The translations under genes were made by a program, and so were the position numbers. 32,000 nt of DNA from Acetobacter fabarum. GTDB lineage: Bacteria > Pseudomonadota > Alphaproteobacteria > Acetobacterales > Acetobacteraceae. The notes under the pieces are model-generated. The model did no database searches. It worked only from the letters and a program-made list of their open reading frames with translations, and was not told the DNA's origin. The stretch is from positions 58,894 to 90,893 of the forward strand of contig NZ_WOTG01000004.1 in the NCBI RefSeq assembly GCF_011516925.1. The letters run 5' to 3'. Of the stretch, positions 18,171-26,340 are shown one piece after another. The first letter of the stretch is position 1, and every line of letters starts with the position of its first letter.

Positions 18171-18773
18171 GTGGGTGTGATTACGAAGACAGTTCGTGCC
18201 GGACTGCTTGCAACGGTTTGCGGCGTTTCTTTGCTGGCCGTTTCGGCACCTGGTGCATACGCCACGGGAATGCCTCAGCTTGACTTTGCCAACCCACTCG
18301 TGACCGGTCAGGTCATGTGGGGGGCAATTATTTTCTTCGTCTTCTATCTTGTTCTCAGCAAGGCCATGCTGCCGGGTGTTGCCCGCGTTCTGCATGACCG
18401 TAGCCAGCGTATTACAGGTGACCTTGAGGTCGCCCGGTCCGCTAAACAGGATGCTGACAAAGCCGTAGCCGAACTCCAGCAGGCCCGCAAAGATGCCATG
18501 GCAGAAGCCCAGGCGCATCTTCAGAAGGTTCTGGACGAAGAGCACCGTGCGGCCGAGCAGCAGATGCAGGAAATCAACGCACGTCTGGCTTCCGAAATTG
18601 CGGACGCCGAAAAGAATGTTGCGGCAGAAAAAGCGCGGGCCTTGAGCGCGCTTAAAGAAATTGCGGCCGATACCACACAGGCGCTGGTCCAGCGGCTGAC
18701 AGGTGTTGCGCCAGACGCCCAGCTTGTTGCCCAGAGTGTTGAGAGCGCATCCGCGCATCGCAGCATTATCTGA
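18171..18773 (+). CDS. atpF2: F0F1 ATP synthase subunit b' with N-terminal signal-like extension
   Basis: Conserved b' start MPQLDF is followed by a TM helix and a long charged helix. The GTG at 18171 lies 8 nt after the strong SD AAGAGGAG, which adds 33 residues upstream of MPQLDF. Confidence 0.85.
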   Translation: MGVITKTVRAGLLATVCGVSLLAVSAPGAYATGMPQLDFANPLVTGQVMWGAIIFFVFYLVLSKAMLPGVARVLHDRSQRITGDLEVARSAKQDADKAVAELQQARKDAMAEAQAHLQKVLDEEHRAAEQQMQEINARLASEIADAEKNVAAEKARALSALKEIAADTTQALVQRLTGVAPDAQLVAQSVESASAHRSII

Positions 18774-18799
18774 AATCCGTACTCAGGGGAATTTTGGTC

Positions 18800-19303
18800 A
18801 TGACTGACATTTTTCATGTGGCGGGTTTCTGGGTCGCTGTTTCGTTTGTTCTGTTCTTTGTGCTGGCTGGTAAAAAGCTGTGGACGCCTATCGCGTCCAT
18901 TCTGGACAACCGCGCCAACCTGATCCGTGAGGAACTGGACGAGGCAGCCCGCCTGCGCCGCGAAGCCGAGCAGATGCTCGAAGATGCAACGCGTGAGCGT
19001 GAACAGGCTCTGGCGGAAGCCAAGTCCCTTATCGAGCAGTCCCGCATTAAGGCGGACGAAATGGCCAAGCAGGCCCGTGCCGAAGCCGAGGCCGCCGTGC
19101 GCCGCCACGAGCAGATGGCGCGTGACCGGATTGCCGCCGTTGAGCGCGCCGCCGTAAAGGAAGTGCGCCAGCTTGCTATTGATGTGGCGGTCAATGCTGC
19201 ACACAGCATTATCCCCCAGACCATCGATGAGCAGAAAGCCTCTGCACTGGTTGATCAGGCACTGGCAGACCTGCCCGCCGCGTTCTCCCGTCAGGCAGCT
19301 TAA
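18800..19303 (+). CDS. atpF: F0F1 ATP synthase subunit b
   Basis: N-terminal TM helix (FWVAVSFVLFFVLAG), then a long Ala/Glu/Arg-rich helix. The ATG at 18800 follows AGGGGA; the track's 18794 start is a TTG. Confidence 0.9.
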   Translation: MTDIFHVAGFWVAVSFVLFFVLAGKKLWTPIASILDNRANLIREELDEAARLRREAEQMLEDATREREQALAEAKSLIEQSRIKADEMAKQARAEAEAAVRRHEQMARDRIAAVERAAVKEVRQLAIDVAVNAAHSIIPQTIDEQKASALVDQALADLPAAFSRQAA

Positions 19304-19330
19304 GCCCATCTCCCTTCAGGGTGCATATGT

Positions 19331-20098
19331 ATGACACAAACGGTGCAAACCTCTGTGTCGCAGGCAAACGATGTTCAGCCCGTGCTGAGCATCGTTATTG
19401 CTGTTCTGGACGAGCAGGATAACCTGCCACAGGTCTGCCGCGAACTGGCCGAAGCCTGCAAGAGCCTCCCTCCATCGGAAGTCGTGTTTGTAAACGACGG
19501 CAGCCGGGATAACACGGTGGCCGTGCTGCGCCAGCTTCGGCAGGACTGCCTGCCCAACCTGCGCATTCTCTCGCACGATCGGTGCTGTGGTAAGTCCGCC
19601 GGGTTGCGTACGGGCATTACCGCGGCAAAAGGCGCGTGGATTGCCACGATTGATGGGGACGGGCAGGACGACCCGCGTGAACTGGTGGCACTGGTGGCTC
19701 TGGCCCGGGCGGCACAGGGTACGCCCCCGCTTGTGGTTGGGGTGCGTGCCAAACGGAAGGATGGCTGGTCCCGCCGCTTTGCCACGCGCTTTGCCAATGG
19801 CCTGCGCCAGAGGCTGCTACAGGACCACTGCCCGGATACGGGTGCCCCGATCAAGATTTTTCAGCGCGCCGATTTTTTGCGCCTGCCCCAGTTTGAGGGC
19901 CTGCACCGGTTTATGCCCGCCTTTTTTGCCTCTTATGGGGTGCCTCTGGTGTGTCATCCGGTTTCGCATCGGCCGCGGCTGCATGGGCAGTCCAAATATA
20001 CTAATTTCAACCGTGCTGTCGTGGGTGTGCGGGACCTGCTGGGTGTTATGTGGCTGCGTAACCGCACCCGGCTGCCCAGAACGGTTGATGAATGCTAG
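19331..20098 (+). CDS. family 2 glycosyltransferase, polyprenyl-phosphate sugar synthase type (ArnC/DPM1-like)
   Basis: GT-A fold signatures are present: LSIVIAVLDEQDNL, VFVNDGSRDNT and the DxD-like TIDGDGQDDP. No long membrane domain. The stop overlaps the next gene's ATG. Confidence 0.85.
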   Translation: MTQTVQTSVSQANDVQPVLSIVIAVLDEQDNLPQVCRELAEACKSLPPSEVVFVNDGSRDNTVAVLRQLRQDCLPNLRILSHDRCCGKSAGLRTGITAAKGAWIATIDGDGQDDPRELVALVALARAAQGTPPLVVGVRAKRKDGWSRRFATRFANGLRQRLLQDHCPDTGAPIKIFQRADFLRLPQFEGLHRFMPAFFASYGVPLVCHPVSHRPRLHGQSKYTNFNRAVVGVRDLLGVMWLRNRTRLPRTVDEC

Positions 20099-21795
20099 GG
20101 CCTGCACGCGGGGCCCGTTCCCTGCCGTGGCGTGTGCTGGTGCTGATCGGTCTGGCGGCTTTTGTGCTGTTTCTGCCCGGCCGCATGACAACTCCCCCGT
20201 TTGACCGGGATGAACCACGCTACATGGAAGCATCGGCCCAGATGCTGGAGACGCACAACTACATAGATGTGCGCTTTCAGGACAAGCCGCGCTACCTTCA
20301 GCCCGCCGGTATTTACTGGCTGGAATCCATGGCTGTTAAGGCCGTGGGCATGGAGTATGCCCGCACGGTGTGGCCGTACCGTATTCCTTCCCTGCTGGCC
20401 ATGACCGGAGCGGTGGTGCTGACCGCCATAATGGGGGCCAGCCTGTTTGGGGCCATGGCCGGGGTCGGGGCTGCGGTCCTGCTGATGGCCTCGGTGCTGG
20501 TGGCGGCGGAAAGCCGTATGGGCACGATTGATTCGTGCCTGTTGCTCAGTGTGCTGGTGGCCCAGTACGCGCTGGTGCGGGCACTGGCAGACAGGGAGGC
20601 AGCACGCGGCACACCTGCGGGCACGGCGCTGCTGTTCTGGGGCGCTGTGGGCTGCGGGCTTATGCTCAAAGGCCCGGTTGTGCTTATTCCCTCCCTTGCA
20701 ACGCCGCTGGCCATGGGCTGGGTGGAGCGTAATCTGGACCTGTGGCGCAGGCTGCGCCCGGCATGGGGCTGGCTTGTGGCTGCCGCTGTGGTGCTGCCGT
20801 GGTGCGTGGCCATTGGGGTGGTCAGCCATGGCGAGTTCTTCCGGCGCGCGGTGGGGGGGAACTTCCTGGGCAAGGTGGCGTCCGGGCAGGAGGCGCACGG
20901 CCTGCCGCCGGGCTACCACCTGCTTGTGTTCCTGATCGCATTCTGGCCCGGTTCCTACTTTGCCGCCAGTGTGCTGCCGCAGGCATGGCGGGAGCGGCGC
21001 ACTCTGCCGGTGCGTTACCTGCTGTGCTGGATTGTGCCGCACTGGGTTGTGTTTGAAAGCATAGCAACCAAGCTGCCCCATTATGTGCTGCCCACATATC
21101 CCGCCATTGCCATACTGAGTGCGGGCCTGCTGGCGCAAAGTGGTGTGGTGTGGCGGAACGGCCCGCAAACCCGCTGGGGCCGTCTGCTGCTTGGGGCCTA
21201 TGCCGTTTTGTGGGGTTTTGCCGGCTGTGTGCTGGCTGCAGCAGGGCCACTTTTATTGTGGACGCTGGAGCGCCAGTTTAGTGTTCCCGCCCTTGTGCTG
21301 GCGGGTGGCGTTCTGCCGCTGGTCGGGCTGGCGGTGTGGCAGATCTGGCGGGCGGAACTGTGTTATGCAGCATTGAGCAGCTGTGTTGCAGCGGCCTTGT
21401 TATATGTGGGGCTGTTTACGGTTGTGGTGCCGCAGTTGCGCAGCATCTGGCTGGCACCCCGTCTGGTAGCACTGGTGCAGGCGCATAAACCCTGCGCGCA
21501 GACACAGGTTTATTCCGTTTCCTTTACCGAGCCCAGTCTGGTGTTCCTGATCGGGGGCAAGGTGGTGCTGGGGAGCCCCGCACAGGCCGCACAGGCCATG
21601 CGCGACCACCCGGCCTGCACCGCAGCCCTTGTGGATGTGCGTGAACGCAAGGCGTTTATGGAAGCACTGGGCGCGGAAGCACCAAAGGCGTTCAGCCGTG
21701 GCACGGTTGCAGGGTTGAACTATTCCAACGGCCACGCCATGGCGATCAGCCTTTACACGCTGGACACTCCGGCGGTGGATAAAACACCACACTAA
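20092..21795 (+). CDS. family 39 (GT-C, ArnT/PMT-like) membrane glycosyltransferase
   Basis: 567-aa polytopic protein. The first periplasmic loop carries the GT-C acidic motif (PPFDRDEPRYMEAS). There are more than 10 hydrophobic spans and a soluble C-terminal domain. A 7-nt overlap (ATGCTAG) with the GT2 gene indicates coupling. Confidence 0.85.
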   Translation: MLGPARGARSLPWRVLVLIGLAAFVLFLPGRMTTPPFDRDEPRYMEASAQMLETHNYIDVRFQDKPRYLQPAGIYWLESMAVKAVGMEYARTVWPYRIPSLLAMTGAVVLTAIMGASLFGAMAGVGAAVLLMASVLVAAESRMGTIDSCLLLSVLVAQYALVRALADREAARGTPAGTALLFWGAVGCGLMLKGPVVLIPSLATPLAMGWVERNLDLWRRLRPAWGWLVAAAVVLPWCVAIGVVSHGEFFRRAVGGNFLGKVASGQEAHGLPPGYHLLVFLIAFWPGSYFAASVLPQAWRERRTLPVRYLLCWIVPHWVVFESIATKLPHYVLPTYPAIAILSAGLLAQSGVVWRNGPQTRWGRLLLGAYAVLWGFAGCVLAAAGPLLLWTLERQFSVPALVLAGGVLPLVGLAVWQIWRAELCYAALSSCVAAALLYVGLFTVVVPQLRSIWLAPRLVALVQAHKPCAQTQVYSVSFTEPSLVFLIGGKVVLGSPAQAAQAMRDHPACTAALVDVRERKAFMEALGAEAPKAFSRGTVAGLNYSNGHAMAISLYTLDTPAVDKTPH

Positions 21796-21848
21796 ATCTC
21801 GCCATCGGGGCGATGGGGGCGGGTAAAGGTGCCTGTCTGGCTTATCTG

Positions 21849-21876
21849 CCGGAGAGTTTGCTCTCTCCCGCTTTTT
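21849..21876 (+). terminator. possible terminator after the GT39 gene
   Basis: GGAGAG (21851-21856) pairs with CTCTCC (21863-21868), followed by CGCTTTTT. The stem is short. Confidence 0.35.
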
Positions 21877-22001
21877 GGAGGCACCTGCGGAGCACGCGGG
21901 ATGTGCGTCGTCTGGTGCTTTGGTCATGCGGGCATGCCTGCGTAACGCTGTAAACGCGCCAGTGGCGTGCAGCAAAGCATATGACAATTTAGGGAAAAAG
22001 G

Positions 22002-22077
22002 TGGTGCCCGCTGACGGATTCGAACCATCGGCCCCATCATTACGAATGATGTGCTCTACCAACTGAGCTAAGCGGGC
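22002..22077 (-). tRNA. tRNA-Thr (anticodon CGU)
   Basis: The reverse complement reads GCCCGCTTAGCTCAGTTGGTAGAGCACATCATTCGTAATGATGGGGCCGATGGTTCGAATCCGTCAGCGGGCACCA. It has a 7-bp acceptor stem GCCCGCT/AGCGGGC, D-loop AGCTCAGTTGGTAGAGC, anticodon stem CATCA/TGATG with loop TTCGTAA, a T-arm GGTTCGAATCC and an encoded CCA. Length 76 nt. Confidence 0.95.
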
Positions 22078-22100
22078 ACAGCAGTGTGTGCGGTAGGCTG

Positions 22101-22127
22101 ACTATCATGATCATTCAGAGCATGCAA
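22101..22127 (-). promoter_or_regulatory. possible tRNA-Thr promoter
   Basis: On the minus strand: TTGCAT (22122-22127), a 15-nt spacer, then GATAGT (22101-22106), about 24 nt upstream of the mature tRNA 5' end. The spacer is suboptimal. Pattern match only. Confidence 0.25.
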
Positions 22128-22235
22128 CATCCATTACGGCAGGAAAGGGGGCTTTTCTCCCCCATATTCCGGTGTGGGCCGGTTTTTTTTTCTTTGCTTT
22201 GGGGGGCGGAGCACAAAAGCGCTGGGCGCAGGTCT

Positions 22236-22263
22236 GTATGGCAGGGGTGCCATACGGTTTTTT
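22236..22263 (+). terminator. textbook intrinsic-terminator structure with no upstream plus-strand gene (orphan terminator or attenuator)
   Basis: GTATGGCA (22236-22243), loop GGGG, then TGCCATAC (22248-22255), then GG and T6 (22258-22263). It lies 40 nt upstream of the pqiA ATG. Confidence 0.6.
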
Positions 22264-22302
22264 CAGTTACAGGGGGGGCGGTTGGTATTAAGAACAGAAG
22301 TG

Positions 22303-23781
22303 ATGAACGCAACGCAAGTCATGGCCCTGCTGCGGGAGGCTCTGTTCCCCGGCCGGGATGTCCCGGTTGATGAGGAACGGCACGTCCGGCTTTTGCGCGG
22401 GGTGGTGGAGTGTCCGTGCTGCGGGCATTACCAGATTCTGCCAGAGCTTAACCCCGGTACACAGGCGCGCTGCTGCCGGTGTAACCAGTTGCTGGACCGG
22501 CGTAACCGCACATCCCCCATAGCAACGCCACTGGCTTTTTGCATCAGTTCGGCTGCGCTCTACCTTGCCATGCTGGCCTCAACCCTGATGATGCTGGACC
22601 TGTACGGCCGCCAGCGCACGGTCAATATCCTGACCGGCCCGATTGAACTGCTGCACGAAGGCTGGGGCGAGGTTGGCGTGCTGGTGGCCATTGCCACCAT
22701 TATTGTGCCCGGTCTGGTTATTGGCATGATGCTGTCCATTCTGGTGGGGGCGTTGCAGCCCCGGTTGCCCTTCTGGGTGCCGCATCTGCTCAAATGGTAC
22801 GAACGCCTGCGCCCGTGGTCCATGGTGGAGGTGTATATTCTGGGCGTGTTCGTGGCGTACACCAAACTGTCCGATCTGGCTTATGTGCAGATCGGGGCTG
22901 CGGTGTTTCTGGTCTCGGGCCTGATGCTGACCATGTCCGCCACGGATGCCACGCTGGATACGGAGCTGATCTGGGAACGCAGGCAGACAGACCACAGCCT
23001 GCGCCGCATGGATAACAGGCGCGTCCGCCTGACATGCGAGAGTGTGGCGCGCCACACCCCTCTACCGCCGCCTTCGCACATGGCATCGTGCCTGTCCTGC
23101 GGGGCTGTGCTGGCGTTTGACGAGGCCATGCCCACAACTGAGGCTCTGGGCTTTTGCCCGCGCTGTGGCCATGTGGTGCGCAGGCGCAAGTCCAATGGCC
23201 GCATGCGCGCGCTGGCACTGCTTATTTCTGCCGTGGTGTTTTACCTGCCAGCCAATATCTACCCGGTCATGACCGTCATCCGCCTGGGTGGGGGCACGGG
23301 GCATACCATTATAGCCGGGGCGGTGGAGCTGTGGCAGGACGGGATGATCCCGCTCTCGCTGCTGGTGCTGTTTGCGAGTGTAACCGTGCCCGTGCTCAAG
23401 ATTTTTGGTCTGCTGTTCATGCTCTTTACCACATGGCGGCGCTCGGAGCGCTGGCTGGTGGCACGGACCAAGCTTTACCGGGTGATCGACATTATTGGCC
23501 GGTGGTCCATGATTGACGTGTTCATGGTTTCCATTCTGGTGGCCATGGTCCGCTTTAACAGCATGGCCAGCATTACCGCCAATGGGGGCATGGTCTGCTT
23601 TGCCGCCGTGGTGGTGCTGACCATTTTTGCGGTGCATGCGTTTGACCCCCGCGTTATGTGGGACGTGGTGGGCGACAATGAGACATCCTCCGATTGCGGC
23701 CTTGCCGGGCGGGCAACACCCGCCCCCGCGCCGCAGACAACTGCCGCGTATTTGAACAATATGGAGCCGGACAGGGCGTGA
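22303..23781 (+). CDS. pqiA: paraquat-inducible protein A family membrane protein (two PqiA repeats)
   Basis: The module is duplicated. Each copy starts with a zinc-ribbon-like CxxC...CxxC (CPCCGH...CCRCNQ and CLSCGA...CPRCGH) followed by TM helices and the motif RPWSMVEV / GRWSMIDVF. The ATG at 22303 is chosen because the upstream part of the ORF crosses the terminator. Confidence 0.85.
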   Translation: MNATQVMALLREALFPGRDVPVDEERHVRLLRGVVECPCCGHYQILPELNPGTQARCCRCNQLLDRRNRTSPIATPLAFCISSAALYLAMLASTLMMLDLYGRQRTVNILTGPIELLHEGWGEVGVLVAIATIIVPGLVIGMMLSILVGALQPRLPFWVPHLLKWYERLRPWSMVEVYILGVFVAYTKLSDLAYVQIGAAVFLVSGLMLTMSATDATLDTELIWERRQTDHSLRRMDNRRVRLTCESVARHTPLPPPSHMASCLSCGAVLAFDEAMPTTEALGFCPRCGHVVRRRKSNGRMRALALLISAVVFYLPANIYPVMTVIRLGGGTGHTIIAGAVELWQDGMIPLSLLVLFASVTVPVLKIFGLLFMLFTTWRRSERWLVARTKLYRVIDIIGRWSMIDVFMVSILVAMVRFNSMASITANGGMVCFAAVVVLTIFAVHAFDPRVMWDVVGDNETSSDCGLAGRATPAPAPQTTAAYLNNMEPDRA

Positions 23782-25484
23782 ACGACAGGCACAATTCTCC
23801 AAAACATGGTGAAAGTGACAATCAGGATGCGCTGGTGCGCAGGATCCGGTTTTCCATTATCTGGGTTATTCCCATTATTTCGGTACTGATCGCGGGCTTT
23901 CTGGTCTGGCGTAGCTTTATGGATAACGGGCCGGAAATTTCCGTTATCTTTGATACCGCCGATGGCCTGACCAGTGGGCAGACACAGGTCAAGAACAAGT
24001 CCGTGGTGCTGGGAACGGTGCAGAACATCTCCCTCACCCCCGACCTGCGCCATGTTCGTGTGCTTATTCGCATGAACAAGGGCACCAATGACATGCTGAC
24101 CGACAAGGCACGGTTCTGGGTTGTGCGCCCCCGCATTAACGGGGCCAGTATTACCGGGCTGGAAACGCTGATGTCTGGCGCGTACATCGCCTTTGACCCC
24201 GGGCTGGATGAAAGCGGGCATAATTCTGGCCAGCACATGGACCAGTTTGAAGGGCTTGAAGCCCCACCGGGCATGCGCTCGGACCAGCCGGGTCAGACCT
24301 ATACGCTGGTGGCCAACAATATTGGTTCAATCGGGCAGGGGGCCCCTGTCTTTTTCCGCGATGTGGATGTGGGGGAAGTGCTGGGCTACACCATGCCGCC
24401 CGGTGGGCGCGGGCCGGTGCTGATCCAGATTTTTGTCAAGGAACCCTACGACCATTACCTCAATGGGAGCACACGGTTCTGGAACGTCTCGGGCGTTAAG
24501 GTGGGCTTTGGGGCCGGTGGGCTCAAGGTTCAGTTGCAGTCCCTTCAGGCGCTGTTCTCCGGTGGGGTGGCGTTTGGCCTGCCCCCGCTGGAGGAGGGCA
24601 AACTCCAGCGTGACCTGCCCATGGCTGAGGCCAATACCGTGTTCAAGCTCTATGAGAGCGAGGAAGATGCCCAGAACGCCGGGTACCATGAGCGTGTTCC
24701 CGTTGCCACGTACCTGACCTCCTCCGTCAAGGGGCTGGCTCCGGGGGCTGTGGTCAGCATGTTTGGGATTCAGGTGGGCAACGTGACCAGTGTTAAACTG
24801 GACATGACCTCCACCCCCGGCCACCCGCGCGTGCGTATTGGCATGGAAATCCAGCCCGAACGGGTGATGACCTCCAAGGAACTCTCGCACGAGGAGGTTA
24901 CGGCCATGCTGCGGACACTGGTGGCCAACGGCCTGCGGGCCTCCACCGACAGCGCAAGCCTGCTGACGGGGGAAGGGCTGATCTCGCTCAACTTTGTCAA
25001 GAACGCAGGCAAGGGCACTACCAGCATGGAGGGCACAACGCTTGTTATCCCCGGTCAGCCGGGGGGTATGAGCGGGATTATGGAATCGCTTTCCACCGTA
25101 ACCGACCGTCTGGCGGCCATGCCGTTTGAGCAGATTGGCACCAACGCCAACAACCTGCTGGCCCATGCGGACGAAACGCTGACCAGCCCGGATGTTAAGC
25201 AGTCTCTGGCCAGCCTGCGTGTGTCCATGCAGCATTTTCAGGCTTTAACGCAGGACCTGCAAAAAGGTCTGGCACCTCTTAGCCAGCGCCTGCCTGCCAT
25301 GGCCGAGCAACTGGACCAGATGCTCCACAACGCCAACCGCCTGCTGGCCAGCTATGGGGGCAACAGCGACTTCAAGCGCAGCCTTCAGGCCATGGTTATC
25401 CAGCTTGGACAAACCGCGCGTTCCCTGCGCTTTTTGTCCGACTTCCTGACCAACCACCCCTCTGCGCTCATATCGGGACGATAA
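23778..25484 (+). CDS. pqiB: intermembrane transport protein PqiB (three MCE domains plus C-terminal helical needle)
   Basis: The GTG at 23778 overlaps the pqiA stop (GTGA). There is an N-terminal TM (FSIIWVIPIISVLIAGFLVW). Three MCE-like segments begin at about GPEISVIFDTADGL, GQTYTLVANNIGSI and VATYLTSSVKGL. A long helical C-terminus follows. Confidence 0.88.
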   Translation: MNDRHNSPKHGESDNQDALVRRIRFSIIWVIPIISVLIAGFLVWRSFMDNGPEISVIFDTADGLTSGQTQVKNKSVVLGTVQNISLTPDLRHVRVLIRMNKGTNDMLTDKARFWVVRPRINGASITGLETLMSGAYIAFDPGLDESGHNSGQHMDQFEGLEAPPGMRSDQPGQTYTLVANNIGSIGQGAPVFFRDVDVGEVLGYTMPPGGRGPVLIQIFVKEPYDHYLNGSTRFWNVSGVKVGFGAGGLKVQLQSLQALFSGGVAFGLPPLEEGKLQRDLPMAEANTVFKLYESEEDAQNAGYHERVPVATYLTSSVKGLAPGAVVSMFGIQVGNVTSVKLDMTSTPGHPRVRIGMEIQPERVMTSKELSHEEVTAMLRTLVANGLRASTDSASLLTGEGLISLNFVKNAGKGTTSMEGTTLVIPGQPGGMSGIMESLSTVTDRLAAMPFEQIGTNANNLLAHADETLTSPDVKQSLASLRVSMQHFQALTQDLQKGLAPLSQRLPAMAEQLDQMLHNANRLLASYGGNSDFKRSLQAMVIQLGQTARSLRFLSDFLTNHPSALISGR

Positions 25485-25488
25485 GATC

Positions 25489-26205
25489 ATGGCTCGCGTT
25501 AAACCTTACGGACTGGCTGGGGCTGGTCTTTGCCGCCGCAACGTTCTGGTCGGCGGGGCCTCGTTGGGGCTTATGGCGTTTACCCTTGCAGGCTGTGCCA
25601 GCAGTGGGGCCTCGCTTTACACGCTGGCAGTTGTGCCGGGGCAGGCACAGGCTGGTGGCCCGCGCTTTGTGGAGGTGCGCCTGCCCAGCATTGCCTCCGG
25701 CCTGGACCGTGACCGCATTGTTACGGCCGATAGTGGTTATAGGCTGAGCGTTTCCAGCACCGATGCGTGGAGCGATTCCCTTGCCAGCCAGATCGGCCAC
25801 GCACTGGCGGGGGATCTGGCCCAGCGCCTGCCCGGTACCGGCGTGTTTGTGGAAAACGATGCCGCTGCTGCGGACCCGCAGGTTTATGTGGAGCTTTCGG
25901 TCAGCCGCTTTTCCACCGGGCCGTCTGGTCATGTGGAACTGGATGCCATGCTCTCGGTCCAGCCTGCGGCGGCGGGGGCACCTTACGGGCAGGGCACGCT
26001 TCAGCGCATTAGCCTGAGTGGCCCTGCCGGTGGCAGCACCATGAGCATGGTGCAGGGCCTTAGCCAGCTTCTGGGCCAACTGGCGGATGTGGCGGCCGGG
26101 CAGATCCGCCTGCTCCCGCCCGATGCCCCCAATGCCACGGCCGCCGCTGCGGCGCAGGATGCAGCCCAGTCTGCTCCCTCCTCCGCGCAGGGGCACCGCA
26201 AATAA
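25489..26205 (+). CDS. pqiC: PqiC/YmbA-type (ABC-type transport auxiliary, DUF330-like) lipoprotein
   Basis: Starts 4 nt after the pqiB stop. Lipobox LAGC with Cys36. It occupies the same position as E. coli pqiC. The family assignment rests mainly on context and size. Confidence 0.75.
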   Translation: MARVKPYGLAGAGLCRRNVLVGGASLGLMAFTLAGCASSGASLYTLAVVPGQAQAGGPRFVEVRLPSIASGLDRDRIVTADSGYRLSVSSTDAWSDSLASQIGHALAGDLAQRLPGTGVFVENDAAAADPQVYVELSVSRFSTGPSGHVELDAMLSVQPAAAGAPYGQGTLQRISLSGPAGGSTMSMVQGLSQLLGQLADVAAGQIRLLPPDAPNATAAAAAQDAAQSAPSSAQGHRK

Positions 26206-26238
26206 GGGGTGCTCCGGCCCCTGTCTGGTGTTTTATGC

Positions 26239-26274
26239 CAGCCCCCGCATGTGCCGTGCGGGGGCTGTTTTTTT
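26239..26274 (+). terminator. rho-independent terminator of pqiABC
   Basis: An 11-bp stem CAGCCCCCGCA (26239-26249) / TGCGGGGGCTG (26257-26267) with a 7-nt loop, followed by T7 (26268-26274). Confidence 0.88.
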
Positions 26275-26340
26275 GGTGATGGCTTTTTTTTGTTATTGCA
26301 CTACGCTCGCCTCGTTTCTCATCACATGCGAGAGGTTCTC

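Noticed and set aside
8499-21795. Idea that the GT39 enzyme glycosylates the N-X-S/T-rich repeat protein
   Set aside because: The genes are 11 kb apart in unrelated operons. GT39/PMT-ArnT enzymes act on Ser/Thr or lipid A rather than Asn sequons. The sequon density can also arise from Asn/Ala/Thr/Ser-rich composition alone. It is kept only as a remark, not a claim.
21796-22077. tRNA-Thr 3' flank as a possible genomic-island integration site
   Set aside because: I found no integrase, no direct repeat of the tRNA 3' end, and no compositional break. The adjacent GT2/GT39 genes have the same GC and codon style as the core genes.
22086-22370. 94-aa plus-strand ORF (and the 22174 start of the pqiA ORF) in the tRNA/pqiA intergenic region
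   Set aside because: It reads straight through three hairpins and two long T-tracts, has no RBS, and gives an implausible translation. The region is better explained as non-coding RNA or leader.
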